Made by a program: the position numbers and the translations under genes. The notes below the pieces were generated by a model. That model searched no databases and was not told where the DNA came from. It saw only the letters and a program-made list of their open reading frames with translations. 24,022 bases of DNA from Candidatus Altiarchaeota archaeon (GTDB taxonomy: Archaea; Altiarchaeota; Altiarchaeia; IMC4; SCGC-AAA252-I15): assembly GCA_043800255.1 (NCBI GenBank), contig JAZDNF010000002.1, positions 1-24,022 of the forward strand, written 5' to 3'. Positions within the stretch are counted from its first letter, which is position 1, and every line of letters starts with the position of its first letter. This document shows positions 1 through 8,024 of this stretch, piece by piece.

Positions 1-2
1 GT

Positions 3-494
3 ATCGCTGCTAGCGGAGTTGCAGCAGGTCAGGCAGCACGAGCGACAGCTAACGTATTAAGCGATCAACCTGCTGGCCAAGGACTGGGTCAACCACAAGA
101 CATGGCAGTTGATGCCATAGCATCACTAACCGGAGCAGCAGTAGGAAAAGCAATGTCAGGTAGTGTTCCATTAAATAAACTCTCACCCAATGATGTAGTC
201 GAAGTGGGTTTTGCAACATTCTTTCAAGGTACTGTAAGAAAAGAACTAGCAGATTCAAAAGTTACAAATAGATTTATTGATAATCTGAGGTCTCAACCAG
301 TAATCTATAAACCTGTCTCTGAATGGACTTCAGGAGTATATGGTACTACTTGGTCTGAACTTTGGGGAGATATTATCGGTGAAAGTGATGAATGGGGTTA
401 TCAATGTTATAATCTACAGCTAACTGACTCTAGCACTGATGATGCTGATGATGATACTGATAAAGAGTTACCCTATGAGGATCAGACACAATAA
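3..494 (+). CDS. 5'-truncated ORF, probable C-terminal (toxin) part of an RHS-type protein
   Basis: The frame is open from base 3 (IAASGVAAGQAARATANVLSDQ...) into ORF 102..494. It has a Gly/Ala-rich start and an acidic tail (DDADDDTDKELPYEDQTQ) like the two downstream RHS C-termini, and is followed by a small membrane gene. The RHS core itself is outside the window. Confidence 0.55.
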   Translation: MAASGVAAGQAARATANVLSDQPAGQGLGQPQDMAVDAIASLTGAAVGKAMSGSVPLNKLSPNDVVEVGFATFFQGTVRKELADSKVTNRFIDNLRSQPVIYKPVSEWTSGVYGTTWSELWGDIIGESDEWGYQCYNLQLTDSSTDDADDDTDKELPYEDQTQ

Positions 495-502
495 AAGATC
501 AA

Positions 503-763
503 ATGAGAGATAAGATAATTAAAAAGATCAGGGATGATTTCAGGGAATTTAAAAAAATAAATATTGCTATATTATTCTTCATCATAATCCTCTTTCTAAC
601 TATGCAGATTATGATATCCTTTCTTGGCTATTCTAAAACAGGACATACTAATCTAACTATCAACGATTTTGGGATTACTTACATCAAGTTATTTTTACTA
701 CTACTCTTCATCCAACTTATAATCACAACAGTCAGATGCGTTTTCGTACATATCAGAGACTAG
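503..763 (+). CDS. Small 2-TM membrane protein, putative immunity protein
   Basis: 86 aa with two hydrophobic segments (IAILFFIIILFLTMQIMISFLG; FGITYIKLFLLLLFIQLIITTV); starts 8 nt after the upstream stop. Confidence 0.6.
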   Translation: MRDKIIKKIRDDFREFKKINIAILFFIIILFLTMQIMISFLGYSKTGHTNLTINDFGITYIKLFLLLLFIQLIITTVRCVFVHIRD

Positions 764-784
764 AGGATTGACGGATAAGAAAGC

Positions 785-1837
785 ATGAAACATAAACCAC
801 ATAAGCTAAAGCCAATTGTTGTTGTAATATTGATTTTACTACTGATACCATCTATCTCTACCGCTTTCTCGTTAAACACAGTCTACTATTACGCTAATAA
901 TGAGTTGGTGGGTAGGAAAGATCCCGACGGGAGTACGTTCTACTATCACAGTGACCACTTGGGGGGTACTCACGTGGTTACAGATGGTGACGGCAACCTG
1001 GACGAGCGGAGTAGGTACTATCCGTTCGGGAAGATATTCAGGGAGGGTAGTTCGCGTAATTTGTTCACAGGACAAGAGTTTGACACTGACACTGGATTGT
1101 ACTACTACGGAGCACGGTATTACAACCCCGAAATCAGAAGATTCACACAACCAGACCCGATTATTCAGGATTATTTCAACCCACAAAATCTGAACAGGTA
1201 TAGTTACACATACAATAACCCACTGAAATACACGGATCCAACAGGACATAATGTCTATTATGTTGGTAGTACAGCATCTTATGGCACTTATCTTGGAAAT
1301 CTGTTTGGTATGTCCAATAAGAAAATTGGAGGGGGAAAGTCTATATCCCTAGGTTTGATAATAGGCTATTCTTCTTCAGGCAAATTTAGTGGGGGTATCT
1401 ATACAAGAAAAGGTGAGGGGGCCATAACTCCCTCAGTATCAATAGGACTTGAAGCTGGAATTTCTGAAAATATGGAAAATGTAGAACAATTTTCGGGTGG
1501 AACATTAGACGTGGGAATTGGTGGAGGGACGGGTGCTTATTCATTAGCAGCCGAGGAAAGTCATCCGACAAAGGAAGAGTATGATATCGATATCTCAACG
1601 AAAATTGTGCAGGGCACAGCCTCAATAGGTCTACCCATATTCCCTGCGTCAGCGTATATCCTAAACTCGAAGACTGAAGTAACAGAGATAAAGATTAACC
1701 TTGACTTAGCCGATATTTCAGGTGATCCTAGGCTTAAATTTATTATACATAATAAAGAACCACCCGATGACAATGAGGGGGATAATTGTAAGGTCGGCAG
1801 TTGTAATAAAGATCAGGAATCTACAACGGGGGGATAA
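785..1837 (+). CDS. RHS repeat-associated core protein with signal peptide and variable C-terminal toxin domain
   Basis: Signal-like N-terminus (MKHKPHKLKPIVVVILILLLIPSISTA), then YYHSDHLG, YYPFG, FTGQEFD.DTGLYYYGARYYNP..RRF.QPDP and NRYSY..NNPLKYTDPTG (RHS core end and autocleavage motif); C-terminal domain from about 1247. Confidence 0.92.
   Translation: MKHKPHKLKPIVVVILILLLIPSISTAFSLNTVYYYANNELVGRKDPDGSTFYYHSDHLGGTHVVTDGDGNLDERSRYYPFGKIFREGSSRNLFTGQEFDTDTGLYYYGARYYNPEIRRFTQPDPIIQDYFNPQNLNRYSYTYNNPLKYTDPTGHNVYYVGSTASYGTYLGNLFGMSNKKIGGGKSISLGLIIGYSSSGKFSGGIYTRKGEGAITPSVSIGLEAGISENMENVEQFSGGTLDVGIGGGTGAYSLAAEESHPTKEEYDIDISTKIVQGTASIGLPIFPASAYILNSKTEVTEIKINLDLADISGDPRLKFIIHNKEPPDDNEGDNCKVGSCNKDQESTTGG
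875..916 (+). repeat. RHS junction repeat, copy 1 (NTVYYYANNELVGR)
   Basis: 42-nt block that recurs at 2257..2298 and 3602..3643. Confidence 0.9.
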
Positions 1838-1858
1838 AAACAAAAAGTAAGTGGGATT

Positions 1859-2197
1859 ATGAAAGACACGAATTTACTCATATTGTTACCTTTGCTTATC
1901 CTATTGATTTTACTACCACTAGCATTGATCCTATATTCACTGATTAACAACTATAGACTTATTATCCATCTGAAGAAAAACAAACCAAACGTTTTTAATA
2001 AAATAACTCTTAGGATACCAATTCTAAACATAAGACCCAGTACCCCCCCATTTGTTTTTGCAAACCCTCTTAATTACGTTCTTTACTTTTTTGATGATTC
2101 AGAAGATGATAGACAGAGTTTATCTTACAAAAATAGATCTAGATACGCATTTCTTAGTGCAATCATTCTTTTTATAATAAATTGGTGGCTACTATGA
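1859..2197 (+). CDS. Small membrane protein, putative immunity protein
   Basis: 112 aa with N- and C-terminal hydrophobic helices; directly downstream of an RHS-CT gene. Confidence 0.62.
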   Translation: MKDTNLLILLPLLILLILLPLALILYSLINNYRLIIHLKKNKPNVFNKITLRIPILNIRPSTPPFVFANPLNYVLYFFDDSEDDRQSLSYKNRSRYAFLSAIILFIINWWLL

Positions 2198-3192
2198 TGG
2201 TTCATTTCGTCTCGTTTTGCTCTGAAGTTCAAGGGTGTTCCAATAACAGCGTCAACAATACCACTTATTACTATGCTAACAATGAGTTGGTTGGACGCAA
2301 GGATTCGGATGACAGCAAATATTACTATCATGGCGACCACTTAGGGGGGACTCACGTGGTCACAGACGAAGACGGCAACTTAGATGAGCGATCTAGATAC
2401 TATCCCTTTGGTAAAGAATTCACCAGCAATAGTCCAGACCCCGGATATACGGGGCACAGATACGATGCTGACACTGGATTAAACTATATGGTGAACCGAT
2501 ACTACCAACCAGAAATAAGACGATTCACGAGTCCAGATCCCATAATACAAGACTACTACAATCCCCAGAATCTGAATAGATACAGTTACACATTGAATAA
2601 TCCCTTAATTTACATAGATCCGACGGGGCATATAGCTCTAACGATAGACATCACTCTTAATATAGGTCTAGGTGCAGATTTAACTTTTTCATATGGGAAA
2701 GCTTATGCAATTTCGAATTCGGGAAAAATCACACAAGGAGTATTTGCGAGTAGTGGTAAAGGAATTAGTTCACCTACCGGTTCTCTAGGTATTCGTATCA
2801 TCGGCTACAAAAATGTTCAAGAAGTAGGTGAACTCGGAGGCAAAACAAACGAATTATCCCTAGATTTTACTGCAAGTCAAACTCCAATAATTTCGGGGCC
2901 TGCTTCTGGTGGTGGTGTAATGGTGTGGCAAAATGATGTAACTGAAAGTTCATTAACTGAAACATTTAAAACTTGTATTGAAACGGAACCTGAAGGTTTA
3001 GGGGTAAGTATTGCCGCAGATGTGAATTCTCCCATTTCAGTATCAGCTGGTTTTACTGAAGTCGATACTATAGTACTTGAGACACCAACAATAAACAATC
3101 CCGAATATGATGTACATGGTTCATACATTGGAGATATTCTAAAAGAATACCTAACAGGAAATTCAATGAAAGATGATGATGAAGATGACTAA
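2194..3192 (+). CDS. RHS repeat-associated core protein (orphan cassette) with variable C-terminal toxin domain
   Basis: YYHGDHLG, YYPFG, YTGHRYDADTGLNYMVNRYYQP and NRYSY..NNPLIYIDPTG; C-terminal domain from about 2629. Start placed at ATG 2194 (or 2197), overlapping the upstream TGA and preceded by GGTGG, rather than TTG 2182. Confidence 0.9.
   Translation: MMVHFVSFCSEVQGCSNNSVNNTTYYYANNELVGRKDSDDSKYYYHGDHLGGTHVVTDEDGNLDERSRYYPFGKEFTSNSPDPGYTGHRYDADTGLNYMVNRYYQPEIRRFTSPDPIIQDYYNPQNLNRYSYTLNNPLIYIDPTGHIALTIDITLNIGLGADLTFSYGKAYAISNSGKITQGVFASSGKGISSPTGSLGIRIIGYKNVQEVGELGGKTNELSLDFTASQTPIISGPASGGGVMVWQNDVTESSLTETFKTCIETEPEGLGVSIAADVNSPISVSAGFTEVDTIVLETPTINNPEYDVHGSYIGDILKEYLTGNSMKDDDEDD
2257..2298 (+). 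repeat. RHS junction repeat, copy 2 (NTTYYYANNELVGR)
   Basis: Same block as 875..916; homology with copy 1 continues through DPTG (about 2628 versus 1246). Confidence 0.9.
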
Positions 3193-3218
3193 TAAGAAAA
3201 TAAAAACAGGGTATATGT

Positions 3219-3515
3219 ATGATGTACGGGCCTAACTTCCTGATATTGCTTGTAATTGCTATACCGGGAGTGATGATATGGGCTTCAATAGTTGACTTAA
3301 CTCAGAAACTATCAGATTATATAACGAAAAACAAACTCAAAATAAAAATTCATTGGGGTGTTTTTGATTTCCATTTTTACAAATGGTTACTTATGAAAAA
3401 CCCTCATGATGATGATATGACCTTAGCTTATAAGAAGAGAATTCAAAGACGATGGATCATCGGAATGTTCTTAATCCTAATGGCATTCTACAAAATTCTA
3501 GAGGGAGGTATCTGA
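3219..3515 (+). CDS. Small 2-TM membrane protein, putative immunity protein
   Basis: 98 aa with two hydrophobic ends; the acidic-then-basic segment before the last TM (DDDMTLAYKKR) resembles DDRQSLSYKNR in 1859..2197. Confidence 0.62.
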   Translation: MMYGPNFLILLVIAIPGVMIWASIVDLTQKLSDYITKNKLKIKIHWGVFDFHFYKWLLMKNPHDDDMTLAYKKRIQRRWIIGMFLILMAFYKILEGGI

Positions 3516-3676
3516 TGATTACGTCAATTACATCAGATACTACCACATACTATCTTGGAAAAGACTATGAGGTTAAAGAATACGCTAATGAAACAGTTCA
3601 CAATACCGTCTACTACTACGCTAACAATGAGCTGGTGGGGCGGATGCATTATGATGTTCATCTTATCATGGTTTAA
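3515..3676 (+). pseudogene. Truncated RHS fragment closing the cassette array
   Basis: TGATG-coupled start after GGAGGT; encodes TTTYYLGKDYEVKEYANETVHNTVYYYANNELVGR, then homology stops abruptly and the frame ends. Confidence 0.7.
3602..3643 (+). repeat. RHS junction repeat, copy 3 (NTVYYYANNELVGR)
   Basis: Identical peptide to copy 1 with 7 synonymous nucleotide differences. Confidence 0.9.
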
Positions 3677-3708
3677 AAAAAATGTGAGTTTAATCTGAGG
3701 TGGTGTGA

Positions 3709-4764
3709 ATGAACAACAAAAAATTCGCAGGAATCTGTTTGATAGGACTACTTATGGTTGTTGCGATATATGTCACGGCGGAGGGGATGATTAAGACAGA
3801 TAGTGGTTATATCCTCTTGGATCCAGCTGATGGTAATGTTTATGTGGATGGTGATTTGGTGCGGTATGGCGTAAATGATTTCATAATAAGATCACAGGCT
3901 TCGAAGGATATTGAATTCGATCCCTCTAGTGGCGCTATTGAAGTTGATGGCGGGGGTTATTTCTATAACCCCGGACAATTGGGTGTTTCATCCCAGAGAG
4001 CGTATATAGGTCACGACGGATCAGACGGTAAAGTAACAACAGCTATAGGAGATATTATCCTCGACCCTGCCAGTGGGAAAGTTTATGTTGATGGACAGTT
4101 GGGTGTTGGGATGGCTAGCCCGGTATTCAATTTGCATGTATACAGCGATGGTGATGCTCATGTTGCCGTGGACGGGGCCAGCAATCATGAAGTTTCTTAT
4201 AGGTTTTACAAGGCAGGCAGTCATGTGGCTCAATGGTTTGTGCCTGTGAGTAGCACAAACTTGGCGTTATGGACTAACGCCCAAAGGCTTACTATCGAGC
4301 AGGACGGCGATTTTGGCATTGGTGATTCGACACCTGACAGGGATTTGGACATTGGCTCCAGTAGTATAAACTCCGGAGACTCCGCATGGACTGTAGAATC
4401 CAGTAGGGACTTCAAGGATAACCTCGTCCGGTTGGAGAGAGACAAGAGCATCTTGGATAAGTGGCTTGACGTGAACGTCTACAGATACAATTACAAGGGG
4501 GATTATCTGAAAGAGACATTGGATTTAAACGAGACGAATGGTGACCTTGATGCATCGGCAAGTGTGATTCACACCGGTCTGATGGCCGAAGAATTTAACC
4601 CTGCGTTCCTGGGCTCAAACAAAACAGACATCAACTACGGCGATGTGACCTACCAGATGATATTTGCAATACAAGAGCTGATCGAAGAAAACAACAATCT
4701 GAAGCAAGAATTATGCACAAAAGACGCATCTTATGCATTTTGTAAAACTATGAACGGTGGTTAA
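3709..4764 (+). CDS. Secreted tail-fibre-like protein with C-terminal Peptidase S74-type intramolecular chaperone domain
   Basis: Signal peptide and GAGGTGG RBS; beta-rich repeats (ILLDPADGNVYVDG, IEFDPSSGAIEVDG, IILDPASGKVYVDG); G.LGVG...P...LHV and RLTI..DG.FGIG...P...LDI fibre motifs; C-terminal SSRDFKDN...YRYNYK...HTGLMAEE...INYG....IFAIQEL plus coiled coil. Confidence 0.8.
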   Translation: MNNKKFAGICLIGLLMVVAIYVTAEGMIKTDSGYILLDPADGNVYVDGDLVRYGVNDFIIRSQASKDIEFDPSSGAIEVDGGGYFYNPGQLGVSSQRAYIGHDGSDGKVTTAIGDIILDPASGKVYVDGQLGVGMASPVFNLHVYSDGDAHVAVDGASNHEVSYRFYKAGSHVAQWFVPVSSTNLALWTNAQRLTIEQDGDFGIGDSTPDRDLDIGSSSINSGDSAWTVESSRDFKDNLVRLERDKSILDKWLDVNVYRYNYKGDYLKETLDLNETNGDLDASASVIHTGLMAEEFNPAFLGSNKTDINYGDVTYQMIFAIQELIEENNNLKQELCTKDASYAFCKTMNGG

Positions 4765-4765
4765 C

Positions 4766-5620
4766 ATGAATAAGAAAAAGATCATGGGGATATGTTTGAT
4801 AGGGGTTTTAATCACAGTCGCGATTTTTGTGGCTGCGGACGGCACGGTTAAGACGAGTAGTGGGGATGTCAAGATATTCGGGCAGGGTCAGGCGACGTAT
4901 GGTGTGGGGGTAAGTTACAATAGTACAATGCTTTCAGCACCTTTTCCGGTAATTCAATCCTTAGGCAAGCAGATATTGCATGTGCGAAGTAATTTAGCTG
5001 ATACATGGTTTCAATTTGAAATAAGTCCAAGTGGTACAGGAACACAAGCAGCTTACTCAATGTGGGGGGCAGACAAAGCCTCAGGTGTTTCTGGCTGGGG
5101 TAGAGTCCAGCATAATAATAATTCCATGATTTTGGATACAGGAGGGATAGGTGGAGCAAGCGGGGGTCATATCATCTTAGAGCCAGAAAGCGGAAGAGTT
5201 TATATTGGCAGTTCAGGAGTAGCATCAACTTCAAAGGATTTGTATGCCAAAGCAGTTTTCACCGATAATGGCACTTGTGGTGAGTGGGATGTTGCCGGGG
5301 ATGCGAATTATGACACCGACTTACTGGATAGCATAACTGCCAACAATGGCGTGTGGGACTTGAGCAAACTTGTAAAGAAAGATGCGACGGGTCAAGTTGT
5401 ACAATCAGTCCTTAAAACCGAGTTAGTACCCGAAACAGTTGAAGTCTTTAATGAAACAACAATGGGACCGATGAGAGTGCCTACTGGCAGGATGGTGAAC
5501 TCAATGTGGGTTGACATGGGACAGTTGGATGGTTATATCATTGGTGTATTAAAAGCACAGCAGAAAGTCATAGAGAACCTTACGGCAAGCATTGAGGTAC
5601 TGGAGTCAAAATGCAGTTAA
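4766..5620 (+). CDS. Secreted fibre-like paralog with degenerate chaperone/coiled-coil C-terminus
   Basis: N-terminus MNKKKIMGICLIGVLITVAIFVAADGTVKTSSG is homologous to the previous gene; it shares the IILEPESGRVYIG repeat and ends VDMGQLDGYIIGVLKAQQKVIENL. ATG 4766 after GGTGG is preferred to GTG 4757. Confidence 0.65.
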   Translation: MNKKKIMGICLIGVLITVAIFVAADGTVKTSSGDVKIFGQGQATYGVGVSYNSTMLSAPFPVIQSLGKQILHVRSNLADTWFQFEISPSGTGTQAAYSMWGADKASGVSGWGRVQHNNNSMILDTGGIGGASGGHIILEPESGRVYIGSSGVASTSKDLYAKAVFTDNGTCGEWDVAGDANYDTDLLDSITANNGVWDLSKLVKKDATGQVVQSVLKTELVPETVEVFNETTMGPMRVPTGRMVNSMWVDMGQLDGYIIGVLKAQQKVIENLTASIEVLESKCS

Positions 5621-5675
5621 CCAGGCTACGCTGATTTGAAGAGGGTGAAAACCTTTTATCTCCCTAGGTTCCAGT

Positions 5676-6866
5676 CTAGCTGAGAAACTTTTGTGCCAGA
5701 AACAGCAGTTTAGGCGATTTTTTGAGGAGGACGCCTGGGATGAAGCCGAAATCGCCCTCGGTGAGTTTGACGACCTGGTCTGCTGTGAATATGGTTGACA
5801 TCATCTCAATATCCTGGTCGTCCAGTTTTTCGACGTAGCCTCTCAGCTTGTAGAGTTTTTTGAGTTTGACTCCCTCTGTTTCCCTCCAGATTTTCTCATA
5901 CTCGAACAACCTGTCCCTGGAGAGGTCATCGTCTTTCAACGCTTCGGCGGCGACTCCGGCTGCTATCTGGGCTGCCTTCATCGCGATGGCGATTCCGCCG
6001 CCATGTATGGGGTTGACCTGCTGCGCCGCGTCTCCGACCAGCATTATGCTGTCCCCGACGAATGTCCCGCTGCCGGAGCTTACTGGGATGCCTCCCGTGT
6101 TTATCTCGATGGGGCTGGCATCCTTGAAAAACTCGGGCCTGCAGTCTATGAACCTGTCCAAATAGGTTAATGGGCTCTCATTCCCCTTCAGCTGGCTTCC
6201 CAGTATTCCGAGCCCGACGTTTGCGACGGTGTTGCCTTTAGGGAAAATCCAGGCGTAGCCTTTCGGCGCGATATTTTGGCCGAAGAATATGTGAATCGCA
6301 TTCTCCTTTATCTTCACGTTCGCCATCTCGTACTGGACGCCGCTGTGATAGTCGTTCAGTTTGTTGAGGGTGTTAAGTCCTGCGCTTTTCCCTATCTTGG
6401 AGTCGACGCCGTCTGCTCCTATTATAAGCCTGCAGCTGATCTCAACTGGGTTGCCCATCTTTGAGGCTCTTATGCCAGTAATCCTGTTGCCGTCCCTGAT
6501 AACCGATTCAGCCCTCGTCTTGACCATGTACTTGGCTCCGGCCTTTATCGCCTCAGCCGCAAGATGCTTTTCGAACATCTTCCTCTCGAGGATGTACCCC
6601 TCATGCTCTTTCAGGCTGATGTCGAAGGACTTCCCTGCTGGCGTGTACAGGACTGCGCCGTTTATCCTGTTGACAGCCCAACGTGGATCAGGCGTGAGGC
6701 CGACCGCCGTAAGCCCTGTTATGTTAATGCCTTCAGCGCACCTTTTCGGAGCCCCAATCTCCTGCCGCTTCTCCAGCACGAGCACGTCGACTCCGGCGTT
6801 CGCCAGGTTCAAGGCTGCGATGCTCCCGGCAGGGCCTGCTCCGACAACAACGACGTCGTGTTTCAT
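5676..6866 (-). CDS. ggr: Digeranylgeranylglycerophospholipid reductase (geranylgeranyl reductase family)
   Basis: DVVVVGAGPAG FAD-binding motif, PKRCAEG, IGADG, PKGYAWIFPKG, LVGDAA..VNPIHGGGI; start MKHD at 6866 overlaps the ferredoxin stop (ATGA). Confidence 0.93.
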   Translation of the reverse strand: MKHDVVVVGAGPAGSIAALNLANAGVDVLVLEKRQEIGAPKRCAEGINITGLTAVGLTPDPRWAVNRINGAVLYTPAGKSFDISLKEHEGYILERKMFEKHLAAEAIKAGAKYMVKTRAESVIRDGNRITGIRASKMGNPVEISCRLIIGADGVDSKIGKSAGLNTLNKLNDYHSGVQYEMANVKIKENAIHIFFGQNIAPKGYAWIFPKGNTVANVGLGILGSQLKGNESPLTYLDRFIDCRPEFFKDASPIEINTGGIPVSSGSGTFVGDSIMLVGDAAQQVNPIHGGGIAIAMKAAQIAAGVAAEALKDDDLSRDRLFEYEKIWRETEGVKLKKLYKLRGYVEKLDDQDIEMMSTIFTADQVVKLTEGDFGFIPGVLLKKSPKLLFLAQKFLS

Positions 6867-7030
6867 TTTTTTATCGACAACGCGCGGACTGGGCAGAATA
6901 TGACGCATATCCCGCAGTCATTGCATCTCTCATCGACTTGGAGGCTTGTGTCCTCAAGCGTCAGCGCATCCTGCGGGCATACGCCAACGCACCCTCCGCA
7001 GTAACAGCAGATCTGCCTGTCAACGTCCAT
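6863..7030 (-). CDS. 2[4Fe-4S] ferredoxin, 55 aa (not in supplied ORF track)
   Basis: Translated by hand: MDVDRQICCYCGGCVGVCPQDALTLEDTSLQVDERCNDCGICVIFCPVRALSIKK*, with two CxxCxxCxxxCP motifs; fills the gap between hom and ggr and overlaps both. Confidence 0.95.
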   Translation of the reverse strand: MDVDRQICCYCGGCVGVCPQDALTLEDTSLQVDERCNDCGICVIFCPVRALSIKK

Positions 7031-8024
7031 GTTGAATCTTTGAGACTATCTCGAGCACGTCTCCCAGCACGGCGCTTGAGGTTTCCCTCGGGCCGGCGCC
7101 CTTGCCTATCAGGGTTATCTCCCCTGCGACGTCGGTTTTAAGCATTATCGCGTTCAGCGAGCCTGAAACGTTCAGCGGGTGGCTTATTGGAACGAGGCGA
7201 GGCGAGACCTCCAACTGTGAGACGTCGCCTATCAACTTTATCGCATAGTTGTGCTTTCTGGCCAATTCCAGCGCCTCCTGGGTGACATCAGTTATCCCCT
7301 CGACCTTAAGGTCCTTGTAAGAGACAGCCCTCTCCATGAAGGTGTTGGCGAGTATCACAACCTTCGCTGCAGTGTCAACTCCCGTTATGTCATAAGTGGG
7401 GTCAGGCTCCGCGTATCCGAGCTCCTGCGCCTCCTTCAACGCAGAATCGAACTCGACTCCCTCGTCGAACATCTTCGACAGTATGAAATTAGTGGTGCCG
7501 TTCAGTATGCCGTAGGCTGACTCTACCTCGTTAATCTGCAATGAGTTCAGGTAAGTATTTATTATGGGAATCGCCCCGCCTACAGTCGCCTCATATTTCA
7601 GCGAGACCCTATGCTTCTCCGCCAGTCCCATGAGCTCATTGTACTTTAAAGCTAGAGGCGACTTGTTGGATGTCACCACGTTTATGCCGTTCCTGAGCGC
7701 GGCTTTCATGTGGCTTAAGCCCGGCTCCCCCGTTTTTATGTTGCCTGGAGTCAGTTCCAGAACGATGTCAGCAGACCCTGGGGACAACAGGTCCAGTGCC
7801 TTCTCCTTCCGCCAGCCGCTCATCCTGTTCAGCGGCTTAGAGAGCGCGGACTTCAGGCTTATCCCCCTATCATCCCATACGCTCCCATTGTGCTCGCATA
7901 TTCCCACAACCTTCAAATCGGTTCCAAGCTTCTTTCTTATGTAGTCTCTCTTCTCTGCCAGAGTCCTCGCAGTCCCCCTACCGATAAGCCCGAAACCGAT
8001 TATTACGATTCTTGCCTCTCTCAT
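7020..8024 (-). CDS. hom: Homoserine dehydrogenase
   Basis: IIGFGLIG Rossmann motif, VVTSNK, YEATVGGAIP, GILNGTTNFIL, AQELGYAEPDPTYD, GKGAGPRETSSAV; start at 8024 overlaps the upstream stop (ATGA). Confidence 0.96.
   Translation of the reverse strand: MREARIVIIGFGLIGRGTARTLAEKRDYIRKKLGTDLKVVGICEHNGSVWDDRGISLKSALSKPLNRMSGWRKEKALDLLSPGSADIVLELTPGNIKTGEPGLSHMKAALRNGINVVTSNKSPLALKYNELMGLAEKHRVSLKYEATVGGAIPIINTYLNSLQINEVESAYGILNGTTNFILSKMFDEGVEFDSALKEAQELGYAEPDPTYDITGVDTAAKVVILANTFMERAVSYKDLKVEGITDVTQEALELARKHNYAIKLIGDVSQLEVSPRLVPISHPLNVSGSLNAIMLKTDVAGEITLIGKGAGPRETSSAVLGDVLEIVSKIQHGR

Noticed and set aside
3452-3514. 5' extension of ORF 3452..3676
   Set aside because: Overlaps the immunity gene out of frame; the SD-preceded ATG at 3515 is the better start.
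875-3643. Repeated blocks as a diversity-generating retroelement TR/VR pair or a CRISPR array
   Set aside because: Differences are synonymous and not adenine-specific, spacing is over 1 kb, and there is no reverse transcriptase or cas gene in the window.
3709-5620. Provirus tail module
   Set aside because: Both proteins have signal peptides, and no capsid, terminase, portal or integrase genes are present.
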